Made by a program: the position numbers and the translations under genes. From Planctomycetota bacterium (GTDB lineage: Bacteria; Planctomycetota; Phycisphaerae; WQYP01), in assembly GCA_021808485.1 (NCBI GenBank), contig JAKBBN010000005.1, forward strand, positions 5,571-69,570: DNA of 64,000 bases. The letters are read 5' to 3'. Positions within the stretch are counted from its first letter, which is position 1. Each line of letters begins with the position of its first letter. Below are positions 48,189-58,567 of the stretch, one piece after another. The notes under the pieces are model-generated. The model ran no database searches and was not told the origin of the DNA. It saw only the letters and a program-made list of their open reading frames with translations.

Positions 48189-49637
48189 ATGTTTGACGGC
48201 TTATCCGAAAAATTCTCTTCACTGTTCCGAAATCTGTCAGGTAAGGGAAAAATAACCGAATCCAATGTGCGCCAGGCCATGGAAGAAGTCCGCACGGCCC
48301 TGCTGGAAGCGGATGTCCATGTGCAGGTCGTGCAGAGTTTCTGCGACCGGGTCATCGAACAGGCGATCGGCTCCCATGTTCTGGCCTCCCTGGAACCGGG
48401 ACATCAGATGGTCAAAATCGTTTTTGACCAGCTGGTGCAGCTGATCGGCCCGGCGGATTCCACACTTTTCTATGTTGATCCGCCGCCCACGGTAATCATG
48501 ATGTGCGGTCTACAGGGATCGGGCAAAACCACCACCTGCGGCAAATTGGCGCTTTATCTGAAAAGCAAGGGAAAAAATCCGCTGCTGGTTGCGGCCGATA
48601 CACAGCGTCCCGCGGCCGTGGATCAGCTGGCCACGCTGGCCGACCAGGTGGGTGTGCCGGTTTATCGCGAGGACTCCGGCAACGGACCTGTCCAGATATG
48701 CCGCCGGTCGGTTGATTTTGCCCGGGCCAACGGCCGGGATGTAGTCATTCTGGATACCGCCGGAAGATTGCACATTGATGAGGCCCTGATGGCCGAATTG
48801 CGCCAGATTAATCAGGTGGTCCGGCCGCATCAGATATTGCTGGTCGTCGATGCAATGGTCGGGCAGGACGCGGTGAATTCCGCCCGGGCGTTCAACAGCC
48901 AGCTTGAACTTGACGGCGTAATTCTCACGAAATTCGACTCGGATACGCGCGGCGGCGCCGCGCTGAGCGTAAAGGAAATTACCGGCAAACCCATAAAATT
49001 TCTAGGTGTGGGCGAAAAACTGGCCATGCTGGAGGAATTTCATCCTGATCGCGTGGCCCAGCGCATTCTTGGCATGGGCGACGTGCTGACCCTGGTGGAA
49101 AAAGCTCAGCAGCAGTTCGACGCCCAGGAAGCCGAGAAAATGCAGGAGAAAATCTCCAAGGCGACTTTCACCCTTGACGATTTTCTTCAGCAGATGCGAT
49201 CGTTCCGGAAAATGGGACCCATGAAACAGCTCCTCGGCCTTTTACCCGGTGCAGGTTCCGCCCTGAAGGATGTGGATCTTCCGGAAGAGGAACTTGATCG
49301 TACCGAAGCGATTATTCAAAGCATGACCCGCAGGGAAAAGGAATCTCCCGACGTCATCGACGGCGGCCGCCGCCGTCGCATCGCCGCCGGGTCCGGTACC
49401 GATGTGCGTGATGTTTCCCAGCTGATCAAGGGATTTATGACCGCACGTACCGTGGCACGAAAGCTCAGCGGCATGTCCATGTCTCAGCGCATGACTATGA
49501 TGCGCGGCATGGGAGACGGCGGCATCCCCGGCATGACCGGAATGGGGCACATGGGCGATGCCGCCCCGGCAAAACAGCACCGCCTTTCACCGGAGCAGAA
49601 GCGAAAACTGCGCGATAAACGCCGCCGCGGCAAATAA
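48189..49637 (+). CDS. ffh: Signal recognition particle protein Ffh
   Basis: N-domain, G-domain GLQGSGKTTTCGKLA, DTAGR, Met-rich M-domain, basic C-terminus. Confidence 0.93.
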   Translation: MFDGLSEKFSSLFRNLSGKGKITESNVRQAMEEVRTALLEADVHVQVVQSFCDRVIEQAIGSHVLASLEPGHQMVKIVFDQLVQLIGPADSTLFYVDPPPTVIMMCGLQGSGKTTTCGKLALYLKSKGKNPLLVAADTQRPAAVDQLATLADQVGVPVYREDSGNGPVQICRRSVDFARANGRDVVILDTAGRLHIDEALMAELRQINQVVRPHQILLVVDAMVGQDAVNSARAFNSQLELDGVILTKFDSDTRGGAALSVKEITGKPIKFLGVGEKLAMLEEFHPDRVAQRILGMGDVLTLVEKAQQQFDAQEAEKMQEKISKATFTLDDFLQQMRSFRKMGPMKQLLGLLPGAGSALKDVDLPEEELDRTEAIIQSMTRREKESPDVIDGGRRRRIAAGSGTDVRDVSQLIKGFMTARTVARKLSGMSMSQRMTMMRGMGDGGIPGMTGMGHMGDAAPAKQHRLSPEQKRKLRDKRRRGK

Positions 49638-49794
49638 TTGGTTTTCAGTTCCTGTTCCGTATTCAAGCGGAGCGTTGATTGCTCAAAATCCGGGTCGCAA
49701 GCGGGCGCAATGCGCCCGCCCGCCGCGGCGTGGAATTTTAAAAATAATGCTTCGCCGGCCTTTGTCAAGCGGCCGGGCAGTCGCCGGGCCGCTT

Positions 49795-51393
49795 TCACAT
49801 CCGCAGGCGCGGGTCCGATATGTCCAGCCGGTACATAATCTGGTTGTAATCGTAGCGCGGCGTGGGGTGCGTGTTGCCGGAAAACGTGGCCGAATAAGTT
49901 CCCTGAAAATATATGATGCGGCCGTTGTCCTGATCAAAAAATGGATTTTGCACCGGATTGTAAAATGAATAATTGGGGTGGGTCGCCACTTTTTTTGCCA
50001 GTCGCCATGGTCCGTAAGGCTTTTCCGCGGAGGCAAACCATATCTCCCCCAGGAATGAATCGCCGCCGCGTTCCACTCCAATCATGATCCACCGCCGCAA
50101 ATAGTTGTTCCAGAAAAAAGAGCCGTTCTGAATAAGAATCGGCCGGCCGCTCCGTGCGTCCAGTAGCTGAAAATGCGCTTCGTCGGGTTTCATAAGTCCA
50201 TGCGAAATCAATTGCTTTTCCTGTTCGGAACCCACCGGTGCAGTTTCCTTCTTCCACGCCCATATCAGTCGGCCGTGTGCATCGCGGTCGAGCCGCGATT
50301 TTTTCCCGGAAAATGTCGTACCGCTCTGCAGGCAGGTAAAAGCTTCATAGTGCCGGCAGTGCATCACCGCATTCAGATTTGCTTTCACGCGAACCACCGG
50401 AAACTGTGGTGAAAAAAGAAGATAAAGGGAGTTTTGATCCTGCACCGTACTCGGATGCCCGACCGGAAACCGCCAGTGTTCATGCAAAGGGTATTCGGCG
50501 GCCTTTTCAAATATCTGTGCCGAGTCATTCCAAACGGCCAACCCATGCTCCAACAGCGATATCAGTCCGTTGCGCCGCGAATACCGGGCAATCAGCCGTC
50601 GTCTGCCCTGCCGGTCGGCAACCGTTGTCAGGCCATCCAGCCAGACGACTCCCTTCGGTTCACCGGGCAAAGGACACATCGCCCGGCAAAATCCGGAGGC
50701 ATCGGTGAAATAGTGCAGATTAATGCCGATATCCGGCCCAAGCCCGCCATGGCCCGGAATTGCCGAGGTCGCCCCCGAAGTCCGGAAATTACCCAACGGG
50801 TATTGCGGGCCGGCTGTATCGCCCCATATCCAGAAAATGCGCCCCTGATATACCGTACCCAGACACGAATCCTGCCCCATGACCCGCCCGTTAAGCAGTG
50901 GCGCTTTGATGGGCGCTTCAATCCCCAGTTGAACCGAATCGGAATAAATGCCCTCACCGGTAATGCGATACAGCCGTTCGGCAATATTTGTCCGTTGAAC
51001 GCGAATCAGTGCCGTTTTGCCCGGTGTTGCCTCCAACGCAATGCCGCTGTAACCAAAGGCGTCTTTGGGATAGGTGTATCCCGGGCTGGATATATAAAAA
51101 TAAACGCGATTCCGCAGCAGACCGGGATCGTGCACGGCCGCAACCCCCGAACTATCCGTCACATAGCGAATGTTGTTAACCGTCCGCAACTCCACCAGCG
51201 GCACGCCGCGACCTGTCTGGGAATCAATCACGCGGATGCCGAATATTTCGCCGGCGGCATGTGTGCCGGCGATTGTCTGCTTCGCCGCGCCGGTATCCGC
51301 TGCCCCGGAGATTGGTCCGGCGGATATGGCCGCTGCCCCGGCTGCCGCTCCCAGTCCATGACGCATAAGCTGTCGGCGGTTGATATTCAGCAT
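49795..51393 (-). CDS. TAT-secreted hypothetical protein, possible glycan-active beta-propeller/GH-like (DUF-type)
   Basis: NRRQLMRHGLGAAAGAAAISAG twin-arginine signal; ATG with GGGAGG RBS; GRIFWIWGDT-type motif; 50 nt downstream of beta-mannosidase on the same strand. Confidence 0.5.
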   Translation of the reverse strand: MLNINRRQLMRHGLGAAAGAAAISAGPISGAADTGAAKQTIAGTHAAGEIFGIRVIDSQTGRGVPLVELRTVNNIRYVTDSSGVAAVHDPGLLRNRVYFYISSPGYTYPKDAFGYSGIALEATPGKTALIRVQRTNIAERLYRITGEGIYSDSVQLGIEAPIKAPLLNGRVMGQDSCLGTVYQGRIFWIWGDTAGPQYPLGNFRTSGATSAIPGHGGLGPDIGINLHYFTDASGFCRAMCPLPGEPKGVVWLDGLTTVADRQGRRRLIARYSRRNGLISLLEHGLAVWNDSAQIFEKAAEYPLHEHWRFPVGHPSTVQDQNSLYLLFSPQFPVVRVKANLNAVMHCRHYEAFTCLQSGTTFSGKKSRLDRDAHGRLIWAWKKETAPVGSEQEKQLISHGLMKPDEAHFQLLDARSGRPILIQNGSFFWNNYLRRWIMIGVERGGDSFLGEIWFASAEKPYGPWRLAKKVATHPNYSFYNPVQNPFFDQDNGRIIYFQGTYSATFSGNTHPTPRYDYNQIMYRLDISDPRLRM

Positions 51394-51443
51394 TGGCACA
51401 CCTCCCAAACGCACGCCGCGGAATGCCATGAATCAAACCATGG

Positions 51444-53984
51444 TCAATCGCGGCCCTGCATGACATCCTTCAGTGTACGCACCTGCAATTGCGCCTGAAA
51501 GTCCGCAAGAGACATCAGCCTCTCCGGCTGAACGTTGACGCTTGCCGTATCGCCGGAGCCCATGTGGAAAAAATTGTCGGAATACCGGGCGTCGGCCCGG
51601 CTTAGATTCAGCCATACCCACAAAGCCGGGTGCGCGGCGCGGACCGTCACCCGGAAACTCCGGTCGATCGCCTGAACGGACGTCGAAATGCCCGGATTAA
51701 CCAGTGCAAGGTCCCGTGGGGCGACCAGCGCATGCATATTCCGCGACGCCATTTCGCCGTCTGTTGTGACACTGCTCGAGATCAACAGGTTATTCGGCGG
51801 CGTGTCCCTGGGCAGGTCCGGATGCGCCCATCGCTTGTGAAGGATGCTGGAACGGGCCGGCATGCGGATGTGATGCGTGTGACCGGCCAGTTCCTTGCCT
51901 TGCAGATCCGTTATCCGCCACGTCAGAATGCCCGTCGTATCCCGGACCAGATCGCTCGTTACCCACAATTCCGCGGAATCTTTGCTTTCAGATGATACCG
52001 CACTGACAAGGACCGGCGAAAAGAAACGTCGTGCGGCGTACATCACCGCCTTCCACCGGCCATACCAGTCGATCATGGACCACGTAGGTCCCGGCCAGCT
52101 GTCATTCAACTGCCATATCAGGCTGGCCATGCTTTCCGGCATTTGCCGCCGCCAGTGTTCCACACCGTACCCCACGATATAGGCCTGCATGATCTGCGTC
52201 AGCCACAGGGCGGAATCAAAGTTCGCCGGAGTCGGTCCGAAGTATTGGTTGACATACCGCAGCATGGCGTCAATGCCTGCGCGTCCCCATGATCTTTCGT
52301 GGTAAACCATGACGGGACTGTACAGACTTCGGCGGTCCGGCGGAGTGGTATACGCGGCAACTGTCCGCGGTGACGGAAAGGACTGCATGCCGAATTCCGA
52401 AATAAACCCGCGGGCTTTGGAAAACGCCGCCGGGGGATTAATGACATGCCAGTCGGACCAGTAATGAATATCATTGCTGGTGAATGGGTCGCCGCTGCCT
52501 GTCTCATAATTCGCGCCAGGCAACTCCTTAATGACGGTCGCACCGATTGTGTCGCGAAAAAGCTTCTCAAATCCTTTGAACAGGTAAATTTCGTTGTTCC
52601 CGCTCCACAAGGCGATGCACGGATGGTGCCGATTGCGACGTACCTGTTCCTGAACCTCAAGGCGTACATTTTCCAGCCACGCCTCGTCAAATACCGGGTA
52701 GAAATGGTTGGCGAATTTAAATTCGAACAGCACCATGATGCCCAGTTCATCGCATGCATCAAATTGTTCCTGTGGCTCATAGTAGCCGCCGCCCCAGAAC
52801 CGGAGCAGATTAAAATGGCAGTCCCGCGCATCCTGGATATATTGCCGCAGCGTCTGCGGCTGTACGCGCGTCGGAATATTATCCGGTGGAACCCAATCTG
52901 CGCCTTTGGCAAAAAATGAAACGCCGTTTACCGCCAACCGCACGGATTTTCCGTTTTTGGCCCCAAGGTAATGGATGGTGCGAAGGCCGATCTTCCGCTG
53001 GGCGCTTTCCACGGTCCGGCCGTCCGCGGAAACCAGGTCTATCTTCACCACGTACAGGTGCTGTGGTCCCATGCCGTTCGGCCACCACCGCTGCGGGTTG
53101 TCAATTCGCAGTGCCGCGCGGCTGTGCCCGCCGATCACCGTGGACACTTCCCGGCACACGGCAGCCCCATTGAACATAACGGTGAATTCCGCCCGCATCC
53201 CCGCCGGCGCTGCGCCGCCGACTTCCACCGAAGCGTGCAAAACCGCTTGCAAAGGCGCCGTGAGGTCCTGCTGTATATTGACATCGGTGATTCTGAACTC
53301 GAACCCGACAAGCTCAATAGGCCGCCATATCCCGCAGGTCAGCAGCGGCCGGCACCAGTCCCATCCCCACATATACGGCGCCTTGCGCACCCAGGCCTGC
53401 GCGGCATTCAGCAACAATCCGGTTTTTGCCTTGTAACGTGCGGCGCGGCCCGATGCATAATTGTTCGTGGAATTAAACCGAATCTCAATCGAATTCTCCC
53501 CGGGCCGGAGCAACTTTTTGACGTCAAATTCCCATGTGCGGTACATATTGTCCGCGCGGCCCGCCGGCTTTCCGTTGATATGAACCACCGCCAGGGTATC
53601 AAGACCGTTGCATCGCAAATGAATGAATCGTCTTGAAAGCAAATCCGGGGATACGTTAAATTTGCGCGAATAAATCCACGCCGTCCGCCCCACCCATTGA
53701 ACTTTTCCGTTATTGTCGCGGAAATAAGGGTCCGGAATATGTCCGGCGGCCATAAGATCGGTAAAAATATCACCGGGCACTTCAGCGGCGGCGGTAATCC
53801 GTCGCGATGGATCGCATACCTGCCATTCCTTGCCGTTCAGCGATGTGACCTGAAGCCCCGCCGGCAGGCGCTCGATAGCCGCCGTCGAGTTTGAACTGAC
53901 ACCCGACGCCGCCACGATCCCCGCACCCGCGGAAAAAAACGCCCGGCGGTCCATCATTGTGGAGCCATCGTCCATCTCTAACAT
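51444..53984 (-). CDS. Beta-mannosidase, glycoside hydrolase family 2, TAT-secreted
   Basis: MMDRRAFFSAGAGIVAASG TAT signal; GH2 N-terminal sugar-binding domain, WGWDW, NLLRFWGGGYYE and catalytic-domain blocks typical of GH2 beta-mannosidases; ATG 8 nt after GGAGG. Confidence 0.8.
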   Translation of the reverse strand: MLEMDDGSTMMDRRAFFSAGAGIVAASGVSSNSTAAIERLPAGLQVTSLNGKEWQVCDPSRRITAAAEVPGDIFTDLMAAGHIPDPYFRDNNGKVQWVGRTAWIYSRKFNVSPDLLSRRFIHLRCNGLDTLAVVHINGKPAGRADNMYRTWEFDVKKLLRPGENSIEIRFNSTNNYASGRAARYKAKTGLLLNAAQAWVRKAPYMWGWDWCRPLLTCGIWRPIELVGFEFRITDVNIQQDLTAPLQAVLHASVEVGGAAPAGMRAEFTVMFNGAAVCREVSTVIGGHSRAALRIDNPQRWWPNGMGPQHLYVVKIDLVSADGRTVESAQRKIGLRTIHYLGAKNGKSVRLAVNGVSFFAKGADWVPPDNIPTRVQPQTLRQYIQDARDCHFNLLRFWGGGYYEPQEQFDACDELGIMVLFEFKFANHFYPVFDEAWLENVRLEVQEQVRRNRHHPCIALWSGNNEIYLFKGFEKLFRDTIGATVIKELPGANYETGSGDPFTSNDIHYWSDWHVINPPAAFSKARGFISEFGMQSFPSPRTVAAYTTPPDRRSLYSPVMVYHERSWGRAGIDAMLRYVNQYFGPTPANFDSALWLTQIMQAYIVGYGVEHWRRQMPESMASLIWQLNDSWPGPTWSMIDWYGRWKAVMYAARRFFSPVLVSAVSSESKDSAELWVTSDLVRDTTGILTWRITDLQGKELAGHTHHIRMPARSSILHKRWAHPDLPRDTPPNNLLISSSVTTDGEMASRNMHALVAPRDLALVNPGISTSVQAIDRSFRVTVRAAHPALWVWLNLSRADARYSDNFFHMGSGDTASVNVQPERLMSLADFQAQLQVRTLKDVMQGRD

Positions 53985-54263
53985 CGGTTTTGCCTCCACC
54001 TGCTTTGTCCCGTCATTGTTTTGTCTGCCTGCGGTCCTCACCAAATACCGCCCGCGGCAGCACGGCAAATGTCCTCCGTCAGCGGATGGACATCGCAATA
54101 TCATGTTGCAGTATATGCGCCCTCGCCGTTGCGGCAATCCCGCCGCTATTAGCGGCCGGATAGTTGGCTGCCAATTGATCCCCGTGGATCCGGCGAGCTG
54201 TACCTGATGGGAATGTCCTTGGAATCCGATGGTTTGCCGATGATCCTGGCCGGTTGTCCGTCG

Positions 54264-56279
54264 TTATTCGCTTGCCGCTGTCGGATGTGCGGGCGCCGGG
54301 GCCAATTCCGCCGCCCGGCTGAAATATTCGCCGGCCTTTTGACTGTCCTTCACCACCCGCAGATGGATTCGGCCGAGCCACAGGAGCGCCCGCATGTGCC
54401 GCGGATTAAACACCAGGCAGGTTTCAAGCGCCTGAATGGCGCGATCAAATCGGTTCAGCCGGATAAGCGCAAGGCCAAGGGTGAAATGCGCCGCCGGGTA
54501 TGCGTGCATAAGGCCGACGGCGCGCAAGGCGGATTCTGCGGCCTTCTGCCACTGTCTTGTCGCCAATTGGCAACGCGCCATGCCCTCAAGCGCAATCGGA
54601 CTGTCACCATCAATGTCCAGTGCCCTGGCATAAGCCCGAAGCGCTGACCGCCACATGCGACGTCGTGCGTATACTCCGCCAATGGCACAATGCAGTCCCG
54701 GCATGCACGGATTGCTCCGCTCCGCCAGCCGCAGGTGCCGCAGCGCCGCGCCATTGCGGCCTTCGGCAAACAGCAATGTTCCCAGCAGCAACTGTGCCGC
54801 GGCACTGTCCGCATGTTTGGCGATAAGTTCCTCCACTATCCGCCGTGAGTCGGCCAATCTTCCGGCCTGTTGCAGGCTCTGCGCAAGCAGCAGCCGGATG
54901 CGCGGCCGGTCCGGAAGTGCGTTACCAAGTTTTTCCAGCAGTGGGATCGCCTCCCGGCAATTCCCGCCGGCAAGCAGTGTAACCGCTAAATTGTACTCAA
55001 TTTCCTGCTTTGCCAGGGTGACGGTTTTGGATTTGTCGGCATCCAACGGCGTAAGATACCCCAGTGCCACAAGTTGATCCACCGCTTCCTGCGCGTCCAT
55101 CGGATCACGCCGAACTTCCGGAGGATGCATGCCCGCCTCGCCATCCCGCGTTTCCCATGAATCAATGCGGTCTATCTCCGGGGTATGTTCAAACGCCTGC
55201 CCAAGCACCTTACCGTCCATGTCCCGGCCCACCGGCAACCCGAAGAGAGTTAAAATCGTCGGTGCAATATCCAGGATGCCCGCACCATAAATACGCTCAT
55301 CTTTCCGCACGCCTGGTCCGGCAAGACAAAATATTCCAAACGGCCTGTGGCAAACCGTGGGTCCGGAAGGCTCGTTGGGAATCGCCCGCGGCCGCAAATG
55401 ATCGCTGTAAAATCCATGGTCGGAAATGACCATGATGTGCGTGTCGGGTCCGGCAAGATGCATCAGGCGGCCCAGCATCATGTCATGGTACCGGTAGGTG
55501 CGTTCCACCACATGCCGGTACAGCTCAAATTCACGCTCCGGAACCTCCTGGAGCCGCGGCGGATGGAACGGCATGAACGCATGCGATAAATGGTCGACCG
55601 CGTCAAAATAAACGGCGGCAAAATCCCACGGCCGGTTTTCCATCAGCCATGTGGCCGCCGCGTGCACGCTCATGCTTTCGGATAACATGCGGGCCAGTGT
55701 CGAAAGATGATGGTCTTTGGTTTGATCCACTTCGGCGGCGCGCGGCACAAAAGGCAGGATCATCTCTGATTCAATTTCCCCCGGATGCACGCGCAGCCCA
55801 CCCAATTCCGCAACAAGCTCCGGTGGGTGCACCGTGCCGGCTGCGATCGGCCATTCCTCTCCCGGCCGTCGGGATGCTTTTTGGAACATTTCACTCACGC
55901 ATGCGCCGCGGATCGGCTCCGCCGGATGGCCCGCAAACCAGCCGGTTACCTGACATTCCAATCCACTCTGCGAAAAAATATTCCACAGTGCCTTGCATCG
56001 CCGGGAGGTGCTTGCAAACGGCCGCACGCCCCGGTTATCCGGATCCGGCTCAATAAACCCCAGGATACCGTGCTTGTCCGGTCGCTTGCCCGTTGCAATG
56101 GTGGTCCACAACATCGGGGAAATGATCGGTTCCATGCTGGCCAGATTCCCCATCACGCCCTGCTCAATAATGCGGCCGATAAACGGCATCTCTCCTTTTT
56201 CGAGCAACGGGTTGATGACCTGCCAATCCGCTGAATCCCAGCCGACCAGCAGTAATTTGTTCGCAATTCGTTCAGCCAT
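54264..56279 (-). CDS. Alkaline-phosphatase-superfamily protein (type I phosphodiesterase/nucleotide pyrophosphatase-like) fused to C-terminal TPR repeats
   Basis: LLLVGWDSADWQVINPLLEKGEMP metal-site motif of AlkP-like phosphodiesterases; ISDHGF; C-terminal ~250 aa of TPR-like helical repeats; no signal peptide. Confidence 0.65.
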   Translation of the reverse strand: MAERIANKLLLVGWDSADWQVINPLLEKGEMPFIGRIIEQGVMGNLASMEPIISPMLWTTIATGKRPDKHGILGFIEPDPDNRGVRPFASTSRRCKALWNIFSQSGLECQVTGWFAGHPAEPIRGACVSEMFQKASRRPGEEWPIAAGTVHPPELVAELGGLRVHPGEIESEMILPFVPRAAEVDQTKDHHLSTLARMLSESMSVHAAATWLMENRPWDFAAVYFDAVDHLSHAFMPFHPPRLQEVPEREFELYRHVVERTYRYHDMMLGRLMHLAGPDTHIMVISDHGFYSDHLRPRAIPNEPSGPTVCHRPFGIFCLAGPGVRKDERIYGAGILDIAPTILTLFGLPVGRDMDGKVLGQAFEHTPEIDRIDSWETRDGEAGMHPPEVRRDPMDAQEAVDQLVALGYLTPLDADKSKTVTLAKQEIEYNLAVTLLAGGNCREAIPLLEKLGNALPDRPRIRLLLAQSLQQAGRLADSRRIVEELIAKHADSAAAQLLLGTLLFAEGRNGAALRHLRLAERSNPCMPGLHCAIGGVYARRRMWRSALRAYARALDIDGDSPIALEGMARCQLATRQWQKAAESALRAVGLMHAYPAAHFTLGLALIRLNRFDRAIQALETCLVFNPRHMRALLWLGRIHLRVVKDSQKAGEYFSRAAELAPAPAHPTAASE

Positions 56280-56636
56280 CCAGCAGTCCTGCGCAGTTAC
56301 ACGTCATGGTGCCACCGCATGCCCGCGCTCGTGCGGGATGCAGCATCCGCTCAGACTATCCGCATGATGTGTGAAATGCGCAAAGAACAGGATAATGCGG
56401 CTTAAAGGTCCGTCGTTGTTGTCCGCCCCGTCCCGGCGGGGGCGCTTATTGAATCAAAATAATCCACTGGCTCCATTCTTACCCAATTCACTTATAACTT
56501 TCTCAATACCTTTATCTGCGGGCAACAATTGCGGACTACGCTGTTTATCGACGCCGGGGTCGAGAACCGGCGGATAACGGCCGGATTGAGTACAGGGTTT
56601 CCCGGCCGTTTTGTGAATTTTCAGGAGAACTGGCTT

Positions 56637-57746
56637 ATGAATTTCAATCGGATCCGTACTGCAAAAAAAGGAAACTGGCGGCTGGCGGCCAATATCAGCG
56701 CCATCGCCGCAGGCTGCGCTTTTACCATCTGCGCAGCGCCCGCGGCTCAGGCGACGATTCTTTCGCCCAGTCATGTCGTCGTGGTCATTGAAGAGAATCA
56801 TTCGTACAGTCAGATTGTCGGCAACACCGCCGAGGCCCCATTTATTAACAACACACTGATCGGGCAGGGGGGGCTGCTTTACGCGGGGTCCCATTCGCCC
56901 GAACATCCCAGCCAGCCAAATTATCTTGATCTGTTCTCGGGGAGTGATCAAGGGATTACCGGCGATTATGTTCCATCCGCTCCGCAATATACCGAACCGC
57001 TGGCAAACGCGGGCAATCTTGGGGCCCAGCTTCTTAATGCGGGTTACACTTTCCAGGAATATAATCAAGGTTATTCCGCGATCGACAACACCACGAGCTA
57101 CAATGCGGCCAGCTACAATCCGTACACCGGCATCACCGGGGCTACGTCCGCCCAGCTCAGTGAAACGTATGTGCGTAAGCACAATGCAGTGGTTAATTGG
57201 GTAAGTCCGGCACTGTCAAAAGTGTCGGGTAATCTGCTGCCTCTTTCCACAATGAGCGGATTCAGCCAGTTTCCCGGCACCGCCGCCGGTTATGCCTCCC
57301 TTCCGACCGTTTCATTTGTGATTCCCAATCTTGAAAATGACATGCACAATGGCAGCATTGCCACCGGTGATGCATGGCTTTCCCAGAATCTGGGCGGCTA
57401 TCTGCAGTGGGCCAAAACCAACAACAGCCTGTTGCTGGTCACCTGGGATGAAAACAATTACACCCTTCCGGATGGCAACCACATTGCCACCATCATTAAC
57501 GGCGATCCCTCGCTTTTTCAGGCCGGGACTTCCCAACAGGTGTTTAACAGCTACAGCGTCCTGCGGACTTTGGAAGATATGTACGGTCTGGGTTATGCCG
57601 GAAATGCAGCCGTATCGCCCGATCTTGCCACCAATTCCGCCGGACAGTTGATTGCCACACCGGAACCGGCCTCGCTGGCGGTTCTGCTCATCGGTATGGC
57701 GATCGCGGCGATCCCGATGCGTTTGAGATTAACCGCCCGGCGCTGA
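56637..57746 (+). CDS. Phosphoesterase-family protein (phospholipase C / acid phosphatase AcpA-like) with C-terminal PEP-CTERM sorting signal
   Basis: Signal peptide AAGCAFTICAAPAAQA; VVVVIEENHSYSQIVG...PNYLDLFSGS phosphoesterase (PF04185-type) motifs; C-terminus TPEPASLAVLLIGMAIAAIPMRLRLTARR = PEP motif + TM + Arg-rich; ATG 9 nt after AGGAGA. Confidence 0.7.
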   Translation: MNFNRIRTAKKGNWRLAANISAIAAGCAFTICAAPAAQATILSPSHVVVVIEENHSYSQIVGNTAEAPFINNTLIGQGGLLYAGSHSPEHPSQPNYLDLFSGSDQGITGDYVPSAPQYTEPLANAGNLGAQLLNAGYTFQEYNQGYSAIDNTTSYNAASYNPYTGITGATSAQLSETYVRKHNAVVNWVSPALSKVSGNLLPLSTMSGFSQFPGTAAGYASLPTVSFVIPNLENDMHNGSIATGDAWLSQNLGGYLQWAKTNNSLLLVTWDENNYTLPDGNHIATIINGDPSLFQAGTSQQVFNSYSVLRTLEDMYGLGYAGNAAVSPDLATNSAGQLIATPEPASLAVLLIGMAIAAIPMRLRLTARR

Positions 57747-57815
57747 GGCGTCAGGTTCGCGATGTGCCGTTGGCGCACATGATGTGATGCAAAATTAGAA
57801 AAAGGAGATCAAATC

Positions 57816-58562
57816 ATGAAAATTTATAACACTCCCTCAAAATCCGGAAAATCCCCGCAACTCGCCGGTCCGTCCGCTTTTGAAGCCCGCCTGGCGGCCT
57901 ACGCCGCCGCAGGTCTTTCCATGATGGCGGTGGGCAGCGCGGCTGCCACGCCGCAATACACGGCTATTTCCGCCCCAATGACCACACTTACGCCCGGCGG
58001 TGAGGCGTTTATTAACTATGGCGGCAAGGCGGCCTTTCTGGGAATGATGACCTCGCTGAACCGGATCACCGGTGATGCAAGCGTCACGTTCTCCGGCATG
58101 ACCCCGGGCGTGGACATGGTAACGGTGGCCGCATCAACCAATGGTGGCGCCACTTCAACACTGGAATTTCTGCCAAAGGGCACGGAAGTGGGCGACGCCG
58201 GCAACGCGTTTGTATTCGGCAATGGCGGTTATAACAGCACCAACATTGTCAAGGCCGGCAATCATGAAATTTTGTACACGGGGTTGCGCACCACCAGCAA
58301 CGGCAAAGACTTTTACGGCTGGGCGGCTTTCTCATTTAACACAACCACGGAACCTTCGACTTCTCTGGTGGATTTCAATTCAAAGCTTCTCGGTTACGCG
58401 TTTGAGTCATCCCCCAATACTGCCATCGCTGTTGGTGATACCGGCGGCGCACAATTGATTCCCGCCGGCGCTTCCACACCGGAACCCGCGTCACTGGTGC
58501 TTATGGCGATGGGTGCGGTTGGCGTAATCGCCTGGCGCAGCCGCCGAAATTTGGCGGGATAG
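57816..58562 (+). CDS. PEP-CTERM sorting-domain protein, Gly/Thr/Ser-rich, unknown function
   Basis: C-terminus STPEPASLVLMAMGAVGVIAWRSRRNLAG; strong RBS AAAAGGAGA; no catalytic motifs. Confidence 0.7.
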   Translation: MKIYNTPSKSGKSPQLAGPSAFEARLAAYAAAGLSMMAVGSAAATPQYTAISAPMTTLTPGGEAFINYGGKAAFLGMMTSLNRITGDASVTFSGMTPGVDMVTVAASTNGGATSTLEFLPKGTEVGDAGNAFVFGNGGYNSTNIVKAGNHEILYTGLRTTSNGKDFYGWAAFSFNTTTEPSTSLVDFNSKLLGYAFESSPNTAIAVGDTGGAQLIPAGASTPEPASLVLMAMGAVGVIAWRSRRNLAG

Positions 58563-58567
58563 CCGGT

